Shown here one piece after another: positions 38,883 to 50,571 of a stretch of DNA of 64,000 nucleotides. This DNA comes from Macrostomum lignano (taxonomy: Eukaryota): the NCBI GenBank assembly GCA_002269645.1, contig NIVC01003175.1, positions 1 through 64,000 on the forward strand. Direction: 5' to 3'. The notes under the pieces are model-generated. The model was not told the origin of the DNA, searched no databases, and was given only the letters and a program-made list of their open reading frames with translations. The position numbers were made by a program, and so were the translations under genes. The first letter of the stretch is position 1. Each line of letters begins with the position of its first letter.

Positions 38883-40798
38883 CTTGAATTTTCAATTTGT
38901 TAGACTAGAAGAATTTCTTCTCTACAGAGGTTTTCACTGAGACTGTGGGATGCGCGAGGTTCCAGGCATTATTGTAAAGCTTGTCAAGGCAGAGGAGAAA
39001 GCCAATGACGGCACAGCTATGTGCTAACAATATCCGTAGCAAAGGATTGTTGGAGATCTCCCAGGAGTGACGTCACAGTTTGCAGGTTAGTAACCAGCGA
39101 GACAGAGACCCAGCTTCTCAAGTTCCAACTGGCCTTGTCATTGCGGCATGCTGCCGGATTGCAGTTGAAACGGATGCAATCATCATTAAGCCTTCTTGTT
39201 GGCTTCTAATTTCGTGTCATACGAGATCGTACACTGACAAGCGTATGCGACACAAGGACCACTGTAGTCTCAAGGATGAACGATTTGTGCTTTAGCAGCG
39301 AACTGTTAAGGCACGTTGAGACATGAGTGTTCGAGTGAGTTATGAAAATCTTGAGAAAAGTACGTGTTTATCTTGTAGGTTCAAACCAAAAATGCAATTT
39401 TCATTAAGTACTACTGACGAAGTAGTAGGCAGAGTCAAGAGTTGGCGCGTCAGAATACTGATGCATGATTGCATAAACAAAATGGTTTTCTCTATCTTTC
39501 TGACGGCTCCTCTAGCCAGATTGTTTACAAAGATACAAAGAGCCCGACTTTTCCTTGACTATAGCATCGTCAGGCATGCACACACTCGATCTGTGCCTAG
39601 AAGGTTAATTAAAACCTTGACAAGTTTCTAGTTGGGTTGATTTGTAATGACTTATGTGACGGAATCTCAATTTTCTGTTTTGGTTCTTTTGGATTCGAGA
39701 ATACGAGCTAGTTGCCTACCGCCACAATTTTAGAGTCTACTGGGGCCCGTGCTATAGAATCAGGAGTTAGGAGTTATAGGAGTTCTTGCAAGGAGTGCAG
39801 CCCCCTTGCAAGGAGTGTTGCGCAATCGTTTAAGGATGATAGAGAATTGTGTGCTATATCACAATCCTAACTTTACGCTCCTTAAGGATTGAATCTCAGG
39901 AGTGAAAATGCAAATTGCTCAAAAAATATCAATTGTGAGAGCCGTCGCTGCACGCAAAGAGGTATAAATTATACCAGCGTATTTACTCGTTTTATTATAT
40001 GCGTTGACCAAGCAATGCAGAAGAGTATCAAAAGTAAAGGTAAAAAGTCTAAATGTACATGTGTACTTGTAAATATCAATAAAAGAAAATAATACACCAG
40101 TCTAATTATCAAAGAATTGTGTCAAGTGCAATTTAGAGCTCGAGTGTGTTCAAAACGCATTAACTAGTTGATCACGGCGGCCATTGTTGTTGACAACGAT
40201 TTCGTCTTCGTTGTTGGGCTCTAAGATGTCCGGGATCACCTCTGGGTAGAGTTCTGGCTGCTTGTTTTCAAGTTTTCAATAGCACTCTCGGCTGGATCTT
40301 CTTCAAAAAAAATAATTTTTGCCTTAAATTGTCGACGGCGTCTATCATTGACTCCTTCCTCATCAGAATCCGATTCGCTGTCCGAAAACATTATAATCCT
40401 AGCTTGTCTAAGAGTGAAAATTGGCCCTTGAACTCTAGCTTAGGAGTCAAGAGTTAGGAGCGAAATTTTCTCATTCTATAGGACACGCGCTCCTAGAATC
40501 ACTCCTAAAAGCCAACTCCTAGCTCCTAGCTCCTAGACTTCCTCTCCTAATTCTATAGCATGCCACGGACCTTAATGAGTTCTCCTAAATTCACCCAGGA
40601 GTCTCCTAACGTCCTTAAGGAGCCTCCTAGCTCTTAAAATTTACTCTTGATTCTATAGCACAGAAAAGCCAGCTAGGAGCTAGGAGTTAGGACACTCTTA
40701 AGGATTTGACTTGACTTAGCTGCAGGGCTGTCCCGGAGGGGACACAGCGGGAAGGCGCGGGCGCCCATTCCGCTAGTCCCTGAACGGCCGACGCGTCG

Positions 40799-43700
40799 CT
40801 ATGGACGGAGGGTTGGCGCCGCCCAGGGAGGTCCCCCAGTGTCGCCAGCAGCTATGGTGCTCTCTGGAAAGGAGAGTTCAGCCCTGCGGGTGGCCCGAAG
40901 GTAGCGCATGAGCTGATTAAAGTTTTCGGGTTTGCACGCTTCAGTAATAGATGTGTGTGGCCCGAGGTAAGTGAGTCTGGCCCGCGTGAAGGCGGGACAG
41001 ATGCTGACGAAATGCTCAGCGGTTTCGTCACCTGAGTTGCAGAAACTACAGGTGGCGTTGGTGGCGTTGCCCTGCAGGTACTGGTGCCTGGAGAAGCAGC
41101 CGTGACCAGAGAGGGTCATGGTGGCAGCCCGGATGTCTCTGCGCGAGAGGCGCAAGAGGAGCTTCCGGAGCTGGTGAGAGGGCTGAGGGACAGCGCCTCT
41201 GGATTGCCTGCAGTTCGTGCGGTTCGCCCAAGTCGAGCGGTGCTGAGTCCTGATCCACGCTTTGATGCGCGAGTCGATGACACAGCCAGGAATCGGGACA
41301 AGAGGTTCGGGGCCGAGAGAGGAGCCGGAGGCACCAACTTTTGCAAGGGTGTCAGCCAACTCATTTCCTCGGATCCCCACATGCCCCGGAACCCACTTAA
41401 GGGTAATTTTGTTGGCGGAACCCAACACATTGAGGAGTTTGATACAGTCAAGGACTGTAGCAGAGTTGGTGCTGCAGCCACTGATGGCGTGCAAGGCAGC
41501 TTGGCTGTCCGAATGGAAAATGATGTTCTTACCAGTAACGCCAGTGGCGAGAAGCTCTGCAGTGCAGGAGCTGATGGCCAGAACTTCATTTTGGAAAACA
41601 CTGGAGTTGACCCCAGTGTATTGAGCGTGGGTAGCGATGACCCTCCCGTTCAGAAAGATTCCAACACCAAAGCCGGTGTTGGCTGACTGCTTAGAACCGT
41701 CGGTGTAGCAATGAAGCTCACCAGGGTTCCAATGGTCATTGATGTTATCGCGCGAGTCGATAGCTACGGAGTAGCGCTGTCTCAGGTTGAGCGTTGAGGC
41801 AATGCCATCGGTGAAGACGCGATTGGCCTGACACTCGTTGAGAAAGTTGAGGCACAGATCGCTATGCGGGACAAGGTTCCGCTTAGCAGGTGCTCTCATG
41901 TAAATGAATTTGACGCCGGCATCAATTAGACGCCGCGTCGTTCTAGCCGCCTCACCCCTGATGAAGAGGTCAAGAGGCGGAAGATTAAGAAAGGCCCCCA
42001 TGCCAGCAAAGGGCGTGGACCTGGTGGCGTTGCAGATGAGCCTACACGCTCTGCCTTGGATCGTGTTGAGCAGGTCTGCATGGCTTTTGACCTGGGTAGC
42101 GCTAACCCAGACAACAGAGGCGTACGTAATGGCAGGTCTAACTACGGAAGTATAGATCCACCAAAGCCGCTTTGGGATAGACCCCAAGAAGTGCCAAGTG
42201 CTCGTCGGAGCTGGGCCAGGATGGCTGAGGCACGCTTAGCTTTTGCTTTCACGTGGAAGGACCAGTTGAGCCGGTGGTCAAGTGTGACCCCGAGACATCT
42301 GGTCTGGTGCGCGAAGGCAATATCTCTGCCGTAGAGCTGCAGAGGACGTATGTTCCAGCGTAGTCTGCTGGTAAACATAATGGCAACGGTTTTGGGCTCA
42401 GAGAGTTCCAAACCATTGTCATTGGCCCAGGATTCTGCTTTGCGGATAAAGCTCTGCATCAGATCCCTGAGCGTGCTGGGAGACGGTCCTGCCACAATGG
42501 CCGTGACGTCATCAGCATACCCGACTTTGAAGACGGGGTCAGGTCGGGAGTCACTCAGAAGAGCGTCCATGACCAGGTTCCAGAGCGTCGGGGTGAGGAC
42601 TCCGCCTTGGGGTCCACCCTTACAGACTCTGGTGGAGGCAGTTTGCCCAAGAAGTTGGGCAGTGACCGTACGGTTGGAGATCATGTACATGATCCACCGT
42701 ATGAGGGTAGCATGAGCTTTGCGATTTTGAAGGGCCCTCTGAAACGCTTCAAAGATAACGTTGTCGAAGGCGCCAACAATGTCAAGAAAGAGAGCCAGGG
42801 CGTAACCGTCACCCAGTACCGCCCGTTCAATCTTTTCGACAATCGCATGCAGGGCGCTGTCAGTCGACCTCCCGGTACGGAAGGCGTGCTGATTATTGCT
42901 GAGGGGCATCGCTGTCAGCTCGCAGGAGAGCAGCCGCCAGAGAATAAGCCTCTCAGTGAGCTTAAGCATTGCTGACGTTAAGCTAATTGGCCGGAAGGCC
43001 TTGACGCTTTGGTAGTCACCCTTCCCAGGTTTGGGAATAAAGACTACTCGAGCTTCAGTCCAGCTTTTGGGAACGTATCCCAGCTGGATAGAGGCCCGCA
43101 TAAGATTGCGGGTGAGTCTCAGGAACGAGGGTATCTTGGCTGCTTCACGAAGGAGAACAGGGTAGATACCATCAGGTCCAGGAGATTTGAAGGGTTTGAA
43201 GGTTCTGACCGCACGAGCGATTAGGTCTTCAGTGACAATGCCCGCCGCTAGGGTGGCTCCATCCATCGAATGGTTGGGCTCCGGTCTAGCAGTAGGTACC
43301 CTCGGGAAGAATGTGCTAAGCATATGCTGAAGCACTTCTTCAGGGTCTTTAGTAAGAGAGCCATCATCTTTTTTGATCATGGCTAATTTGGACATTTTGT
43401 CCATTGTAAGGGCCTTGACAAGCCTAGAAGTAGGTCTGTCTTGATCCAATTCATTGCAGAATTGGCGCCACTTACATTCCTTGGCCTTGCGCACTTCAGA
43501 TTTGAAATTGCGGGAGGCTTGCCGGAAAAGCTCCATGTCCTCCGGGTTTCCGGTCTTCATGGCACGGCGATGAAGGCTTTTGGCCTTCCGCCTGAGTTTC
43601 CCCAGCTCCGGGTTCCACCACGGCGCCGAGGTCTTGCCTCTGTAGGCGCGAGCAGGACAAGCCGCTTCGTAGGCTGCAATAATGCAACCTGTCAGCGTCT

Positions 43701-44538
43701 CAGCCATATGATCCACATCCTCGCAGGTCTCAATCGGACGTAAGTCCGTGAGTTCCTGCAGGTGCAGATCAAGGGCAGCCTTGTAGGCCGCCCAATCAGT
43801 GTTGCGGATATTGCGTCTCCAAGTGATCGGAGACTGGGTTTTAGTGTCCGCGATATTAAAGGCGATAAAGCAGTGGTCAGACAGGGAGGGCTCCTCAGAC
43901 CAGACTCTCCACTCCTTGACTCTGTCAAAGAGTCTTGGGGTAACGAGTGTGGCGTCGAGGACCTCGGTCCATCTGCCATTATTAAAGGTAGGAGTGCTGC
44001 CGCGGTTGCAGAGCATGAGGTTTGTGTTAGAGATGAGGGCCAGAAGCTCCTCTCCTCTAGTGTTGGTATCTTTGCTGCCCCAGTGCTTGTGGTGCGCGTT
44101 GAGGTCGCCCCCTAAGCACAGCTCAGCGTTCTGGGACTCGCAGTACTGCGCAAGGCGCAGTAAACTCTCGGGAGCAGGGTCTCTGTCGCCTGGGATATAA
44201 ACCGAGGCAACAAGACACGTACGCGGAGAGAAATGATTAGATTGGATGACGCAAAGGTCTCCATCAGAGAGATCAGTCCTCAGCCAAGCCTGGAGATGGC
44301 TAGCAGCGAGGATAGCCGCTCTAGGGCGGCTGTTCCCCGGGCCACACACATAAAAATCAGAGTAGCCAGAGGGAATGTTGGGCAACTTACCGTTGCGCAT
44401 CCAGGGTTCCTGGATCAGGATGAGGCCTGGCCTGTACAGCTCAGCAATCTTCATCAGATTTACTGACGCAGATACGCAATGCTGTAAATTTATTTGCAGA
44501 CAGAATGTCGCTCCTTTGGCAGCGTGGAGCTTAGTCAT
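40799..44538 (-). CDS. LINE ORF2 (endonuclease, reverse transcriptase, RNase H) split by one frameshift near 42180
   Basis: QINLQHC, IQEPW, GGDLNAHHKHWGS, SDHCFI (APE); FRPISL, GGPQGGVLTPTLW, YADD (RT); YTDGSK, SVFQNEVLAI, HSDSQAA, WVPGHVGIRGNELAD (RNase H); C-terminal C-x2-C-x8-H-x4-C. Confidence 0.9.
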
Positions 44539-44577
44539 ACTGTATTAAATGCAATATCTGGCTAGAGCCCAGGGCCA

Positions 44578-46140
44578 TCAAGGAGACTTGGACAACAGAT
44601 CGTCCTCGTCCCAGGCCGCTGGGGCTTGACTGGGAGATGGGAGTTGGTCGACGTCCATGGCCTCCTCACCCCCACCGGCCCCCCCAGCAGAGTCCTCAGG
44701 CTCCGATGACAGGATGGAGGAAGCTTCCTCACCTGCATCTTTACCTTCAGACCCCACCAAGGTGGCCGAGGAGAGCTCGGATTCCGAAGACCCGGCCTCG
44801 TCCTCAACTCCTTCTCCGACTGGCAGGTTTGGTTCCCGGGGCTCGGCCGGAGCCGTTACCGCGGTCGCCGAACTGCTGCTAGCAGAGGGGTAAGATGCAG
44901 CTTTGGCTTTGGGATCGGCTTGCGCCTTTCCTTGGGCCTTAGACTGCGCCCCGCTCTTGCCGGAGATGCCGGGGTTGGCAGTAGCCTTCCCTTTGGCAGA
45001 CTTTCCTCGGCGCAACTTGAGCTTGAGGGCACCCAGCTGGAAAGAGGATCCATTAGGGTACCGACTCGCCCAAGTGCTGGAAAGGCCGAGGACAATTGAG
45101 TTGCCCGTCTCCCCCCTGCGGACTTTACGGTGATACACCAGTCCACTAGCAGGGAGGTCGGGGTTCAGACGCAGTAGGACCCGGCGAATAACGTCTGGTC
45201 CAGCTGCGGTGCTCTTAGCAGGGACGAAAACCACATAGGGTATCGTCTTTGGACGCTGGCCCTCGCGAAGAAAAAGAGCTCCGCCAAGGTCAGCATCCAA
45301 GGAGACCGTCGGTAGCCGCTGGAGCAGCCGCCGAGCGTCCTCCTCGCTGCTAGGAGCAATAAGAACGAATGTGCTTCGCAGCACCATCCGCTCAACGCCG
45401 ATGGAGATTCCCTCCTCGACAGTCAGCTCAATCAGATAGGAGTCAACAGCACTCCACACTTTTTGAAGCTGATCAGTGGTCCAGTCCTGGTCGCGACCTT
45501 GGATGATCACTCCCGGGATTTTGGCCTTGGCCTTCGCCGCAAAGGTAGCTCCCGAAGGAACCTCCTTGTTGGCAGTGGCCATTTGTTGCGCCGTGGTTTC
45601 GGCCTCAGCAGCCGCGGCAGCAGCTCCAGGGAGCGCCGCCGCTGAACTACTGGAGCTTCCACCGGCCGGCCCGCCTGGTTGCCTTGGGACTCCAGTCGCT
45701 TCAGCATCCATGGTGGACGCCGCCGCTTTGGCCCCCGCAGCTCCCTTCTTGGCCTGCCTTTTGGCGCGTTGTTTAGCGCGTTTGCGCTCAAGCCGAGCCC
45801 GCTGAGCTTCATCGGATCTGCCAGATTTGGCCGGTCCTTTAGGCTCAGAGCTCGCGGTTCCCTTAGATCCACCAGCGGAGCTGGCAGGTCTTAGGGTATT
45901 TTGAGTTTGGTAGCTCTGGTCGGATCTGCCAGCAGAGCCAGCCGGTCCTTCCTTTGCCACAGTTGAATCAGTCGGTTGGGATCTGCCAGCAGGGCCGGCC
46001 GGTCCTTCGGACTGAGGTTGGGGTTTAGAAGGGTCCCCATCCCTAGAAATAGCTTGTTTATCCATAGTCGGCTCGAAGGCCATGATAAAAGGTTGGTGGG
46101 CTACCCTCAAAGGGGCGCGGTACCCACCCGGCCGCTCCAC
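44578..46140 (-). CDS. LINE ORF1 (gag-like, DUF4780-like C-terminal region)
   Basis: 520-aa ORF directly upstream of ORF2; segment VVFVP...VLLRLNPDLPASGL...SIVLGL...FQLGALKLKL resembles DUF4780 by eye; probable ATG at 46083. Confidence 0.8.
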   Translation of the reverse strand: MERPGGYRAPLRVAHQPFIMAFEPTMDKQAISRDGDPSKPQPQSEGPAGPAGRSQPTDSTVAKEGPAGSAGRSDQSYQTQNTLRPASSAGGSKGTASSEPKGPAKSGRSDEAQRARLERKRAKQRAKRQAKKGAAGAKAAASTMDAEATGVPRQPGGPAGGSSSSSAAALPGAAAAAAEAETTAQQMATANKEVPSGATFAAKAKAKIPGVIIQGRDQDWTTDQLQKVWSAVDSYLIELTVEEGISIGVERMVLRSTFVLIAPSSEEDARRLLQRLPTVSLDADLGGALFLREGQRPKTIPYVVFVPAKSTAAGPDVIRRVLLRLNPDLPASGLVYHRKVRRGETGNSIVLGLSSTWASRYPNGSSFQLGALKLKLRRGKSAKGKATANPGISGKSGAQSKAQGKAQADPKAKAASYPSASSSSATAVTAPAEPREPNLPVGEGVEDEAGSSESELSSATLVGSEGKDAGEEASSILSSEPEDSAGGAGGGEEAMDVDQLPSPSQAPAAWDEDDLLSKSP

Positions 46141-48054
46141 CTGACCGGGCAGTAGGCCAATAGCACCCTCAAGGCTGGCCCGACAACAGGAGGGGGACCG
46201 CTTGCGACCGGACTACTCCCCGGCCTTCCAGCCCATCGGCACGGTCAACACCTTAGGCATTAGAGAGTACGTTGAGCAGTACCACGGCCTGCAGGTTGGC
46301 GAGCCAGACCCGCATACCCAAATTCGGCCGAAGCCACTGGATAGGGTCGCCAGCGCCGGAGCCCAGTCTGTCCAGCAGCCCTAGGGACTGCCTTGAACAC
46401 ACGCGGGGACGAGTACCCTGGGTCGACTTGCGAGACAGCGTGGGGGGGGGTCTGCGGCTGCCAGAGGCAAATAGAGGGTGCAGACCTCCCACCAGCCTTG
46501 ACCTGCTGAAGATAGGGGCAGGCGTGAAGCATCGCAGACCTTAGCCCATGGGCCTAGTCTGTCTCATACTTCACTGGCATGCTGAATACGCCTTCGCGTG
46601 CAACTCTTAAGGATTTAGGAGTTAAGAGTATTCTATAGCACGGGCCCCAGCTTTCTGGGACCAATGTTTGGCAATATTGATCGAGGTGGATGATGTGCTC
46701 GCGTCGCAAGATTGTTGCTAGGAAAGATTTGAGGACGTTACGGCGGGTTAAGCAAAGTTTTGCTGCACGGGAACAGTTATTTAGGGCGTGGAAGTTGGCT
46801 GTTCAAACAAGCTTCACGAAAATTTCTCTGGCTAAAATACTTGCTGCAACTTGATAAGAAGACAGGTTATGTCGGCAAGAGTAAGCCAAAATGATAACTG
46901 TAATAGCCAGGACTCCTGAACAAAATCATGCGTGGGTTGTAAAGACGCAATATTGAAAAAGTTGCTTTTCCTGTACTTTTGTTAGCTTGCTAGCTCAACT
47001 CACGTGTATGGCAAAGTGGCAGTTGGCAAAGTGTCTGTGTTTGCTACAGACGAAATGTTGTGTGAGAAATTTTTTTTTCGGCCGCAAGCTTGAATGGGGC
47101 TGCTTCTCTGCAGACTGGAAGGCTGTTCTGGCATGGCCGGAGCCTTGGCAGCTGGACTTGAGTGCCCGGCACCAGCTGCATCGGCAGTGCAGCAAATTAT
47201 TGAGAAGGACTCCACGGCGGAACTTCTTCACGAGGCCACATTGCCAGATGCGCTGAACGCGACAAAAAACTTGGCAAAATGACTTTTTTTAATGTTAGTA
47301 GCGAAATCATTAAATAAGTAAACAGACTGGACTATACAGCATCCAAGACTACCTGCCATTGTCAGCTTTATAAATATTCATTTCAGCAGGAGGATTTTGG
47401 ACACACTGTCGCAGCGCCTTCGGTTCCACAACCGGCAGCACGATAAGGCAATTCTGCCCCATTCCGCTTGACTATTGAGCACACTCATTGGGTGTACAGC
47501 GGCCCTGACTTTCTAATCGCCTGGCATGTACACTCCCTGTTGTGCCTTGGGGTTGGGACCTCACGAGTCTGAATCGCACAACAGCCCCGATCCGTGGTCA
47601 ATGCTTCTTCACGCATGGAATTGAACCAAGGGTATGGGTGGGGCGAAGCTACAACCACAATACAGGATGTAATTGAATTGACACGATTTAGTTGATTTTC
47701 TCTTTAGAGTTTGTTAAGAGAAAGCGAAAAAGGCACTCTCATGGGTCGCTGGCTGGTTTGACTTTATTTATTTAGATAAAGCAAAGAGAAATTGACGCGT
47801 GGGGGGTGGGGGCGCCCAGTGTACGCGCAGATGTACATTGCACCACCGAACAACAACGACCGAGAACCACCAACCAACCGACTGACCGACCACCGACCGT
47901 CACACAGCCACCGACATCGAACGACAACCGACCGAACGCCACCAGCAAACGACCAAAAGAACACAGGAAAACTGACTAGACGCAGCCAGCAGCCGAGCAA
48001 AAAACCACCAACGACACGTCAGACTTCCAGAGGTACCAGCAACTTCACTGGCCG

Positions 48055-48708
48055 TCAAAGATGCGTAGCAGCTCGACCACTTTGAGAACTGGCCACCCGC
48101 AGTAGGCATGAGCGGGCGACTCCATCGCGACCCTGGTGCACAGCTTCGACAACCGCAAGCTTCCATTGAAGTCTTGGCAATTCGGCATCCATCACTAACA
48201 CTACGTCACCAACTCGTATTTCCCGATTCGATGTTCGACCGTCTTTGGATGATCGCTCATGGAGGGCCAGAATGTACTGTGCTTGCCACTCCTTCCAGAA
48301 CTTGTTCAGCAAATGTCTGGACTTTCGGAGCCTTTCGGGAAGCGTCAGGACCATTGAAACTTCCGCTTCGTCCTCTGGTTCTTTTGTCAGGCGGCGCAGA
48401 ACGAGGAAATGAGCAGGTGTGATGACTTCTGATTGCTCGCCGGAAGACACAAAGCCAGGCGGTCTTGAGTTTACAACTGCTTCCGCCTCACAGATTACTG
48501 TCGACAGCTCCTCGACGGTCAGGAACGCCCTTCCGATTGTCTTCTTGAGCACTGATTTCACTACCAGCCTCTCGTAGAAGCCTCCCATCCATGGAGCTCG
48601 CTTCGGAATGAATGTCCAGGTGACTTGGCGGCTGCTCAGAAAATCTTGACCTGCTTGAGTCCGTAATGGAGCTTCTTCTGCATCCATAAATATGAACTTT
48701 TCCGCCAC
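48055..48708 (-). mobile_element. BEL/Pao LTR retrotransposon integrase C-terminal fragment
   Basis: WTFIPKRAPWMGGFYERLV, EELSTVICEAEAVVNSRP, FWKEWQAQYI, VGDVVLV...PRLQWKLAVV...GRDGVARS (Pao integrase/DUF5641-type). Truncated upstream at a SINE. Confidence 0.88.
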
Positions 48709-48711
48709 ACA

Positions 48712-48990
48712 GGGGTTGTAGCCTAGTAGTCAGAGCGTCGGACTCACGACTTAAAGGTCGGGGGTTCGATTCCCTACCTTACTCGGAACAATTTGTGTCC
48801 TTGAGCAAGACACTTAACTCTGCATTGCTTCAGTTCACCCAGCTGTAAAATGGGCGCCAGCATTAGCTGGGGTAATTGAGGGTGTGTGTGGCGACCCCCC
48901 CCCCCCAGTCCTTGCATGGCTACGGCTGAGCTGTCGGTTGCACATCTGGCCAAATTGGGGCACGTGTAATCAATTATCGATTATTATTAC
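48712..48990 (+). mobile_element. tRNA-derived CORE-type SINE, copy 1
   Basis: A-box-like TAGCCTAGTAG, B box GGTTCGATTCC, then GTGTCCTTGAGCAAGACACTTAACTC...CAGCTGTAAAATGGG (MIR/CORE-like); AT-rich tail. Confidence 0.85.
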
Positions 48991-49401
48991 GTGGGGGCGA
49001 GGGTCGGAGTCAGGTGCCGCGATGACAGCAAACTAAAAAACATGAGCTACATGTATGCGCATCCCTGTATTCGTTGGAAAGTCAGCTAACTGTATAGTGT
49101 GAGTAACGAGAAAGTGTCTAATTACATTGACATGTGGTTTTTCACTGGTTGCTCGCTCCCAATCGGAACTTGTCACTGTTGGTGGGGAAGATAAAGCTGA
49201 TGATAATGCATAGATTAGAATATGCTGTGGATTGTATGAAGTTTATTGTTGACCTGGCTTCACTTACGGTTCGAACAATATCTACGCAAATCATTTAAAA
49301 TCAAATCAAGCATATCTCATGTGGGTAAACCTGCTTTTCTAATTAATCCTTTTCAAGAGATAGGTCGTATGAGCCTTTGAGAAAAAGAAGTTTCAAGATA
49401 A

Positions 49402-49707
49402 AATAATAATAATAATTGATTACGTCTGCCCTAATGGGCAGATGTGCAACCGACAGCTCAGCCGCAGTTATTGCTGGGCGCATCTGAAGGCTGCGTACGG
49501 CTGTTCAGTCCAAGGACTGGGGGTCGCCACACACAGCCTCAATTACCCCAGCTAATGCTGGCACCCATTTTACAGCTGGGTGAACTGAAGCAATGCAGAG
49601 TTAGGTGTCTTGCTCAGGGACACAAATCGTTCCGAGTGGGATAGGGAATCGAACCCCCGACCTTTCAGTCGTGATTCAGACGCTCTAACCACTAGGCTAC
49701 AACCCCC
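49402..49707 (-). mobile_element. tRNA-derived CORE-type SINE, copy 2
   Basis: Reverse complement of the same head, CORE and tail; A box TAGCCTAGTGG. Confidence 0.85.
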
Positions 49708-50571
49708 TTTAGAAATAATAAAGTCCATAGAAATGAAATTAGGGGTAGGGTTAAGCAGCAAAGAACTTCCAATCACACAGTATATTTGGTTGACTGATTA
49801 TCAACTTCGAGCCGTATTACCCAAGAGCAAGCTGCAGGAGTAACAATGATCAGAGAAAAGAAAAACTAATAAAAAGATTTTGTACTTGCATTAGCAACAG
49901 AAAAACCGTTGTATCAAAAAGTAACATAGCATTTGTCCTCTTTCATTTACCTTCAGTAGCTTACGGTAAACACAGGGACAATATCCCCGTCGTCTGGCGC
50001 GGCGCTCTGGTGTACCAGCGGCCCAGGCTCGATTCCAAGTGCAGCCACATTAATTTGGAGCTAAATTGGAATCTCGGCTTGGCTCTGCTCGTGCAATTAA
50101 CGGCTTTGAGGCCCAACCCCAAGGCACAGGGAAGTGTACATAACTAGCGATAAAATAAAGTTAGGGCCGCTGTACACTCCTGTGTGAGTGTGTGCCTGCG
50201 TACGTATCCGCGCGCTTGTATGCCTGCTCAGGGGAGTCGGCGGAATGGGCAGCAATGCCTCTCGCCGGTTGTGTGACAATGTCGCTTAAAGTGCGCCAGG
50301 GTGCACATGCTGCAGCCCCCCGCCTCTAACTAAAAAACTAACTCCGGTAAACGCAAAAAAGCACTGATTTCAAGTTTGCAAAACAGACAGAATGAGACAG
50401 GAAAAATCAGACAGAGCAAGCAGTTTCCGAGTTTCACAAATGGAGCATCAAAACGTAAACGGGAAAAAACATAAAAGGTTGCAAAGTCGTTACAGACATC
50501 TGTGTTCTTGGTTCGCTTTCCGGAGCAGCACAAGGGCGCATGGAGACCTTGCTCAGCTCCAGGGCAGCAGC

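Larger units (their letters stand above)
40708..46602 (-). mobile_element. Full-length non-LTR retrotransposon (APE endonuclease, RT, RNase H), probably I-group Loa-like clade
   Basis: 14-bp TSD ACTCTTAAGGATTT at 40694-40707 and 46603-46616; 3' tail (AAGTC)2; two ORFs. Confidence 0.93.
39743..46647. mobile_element. Non-autonomous TIR element, probably PIF/Harbinger-related, interrupted by a LINE
   Basis: Perfect inverted match CTGGGGCCCGTGCTATAGAAT (39740-60) / ATTCTATAGCACGGGCCCCAG (46630-50); CWG-type flanks; subterminal TAGGAG and TTCTATAG repeats; acidic MFSDSESDSDEE...RRRR remnant near 40300-40390 (-). Confidence 0.65.

Noticed and set aside
46200-46602. HDV-like ribozyme at the LINE 5' end (reported for some Loa-clade elements)
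   Set aside because: Hairpins are present (GGTCTGC/GCAGACC) but I could not assemble P1-P1.1-P3-L3 by eye; needs an RNArobo or Infernal search.
47280-48030. 3' LTR of the BEL/Pao fragment
   Set aside because: A PPT-like GGGGCAGAA occurs near 47451-60, but there is no second LTR or TSD to define boundaries.
48712-48790. tRNA gene
   Set aside because: Has A/B boxes but no clean cloverleaf and continues into the SINE body in all three copies.
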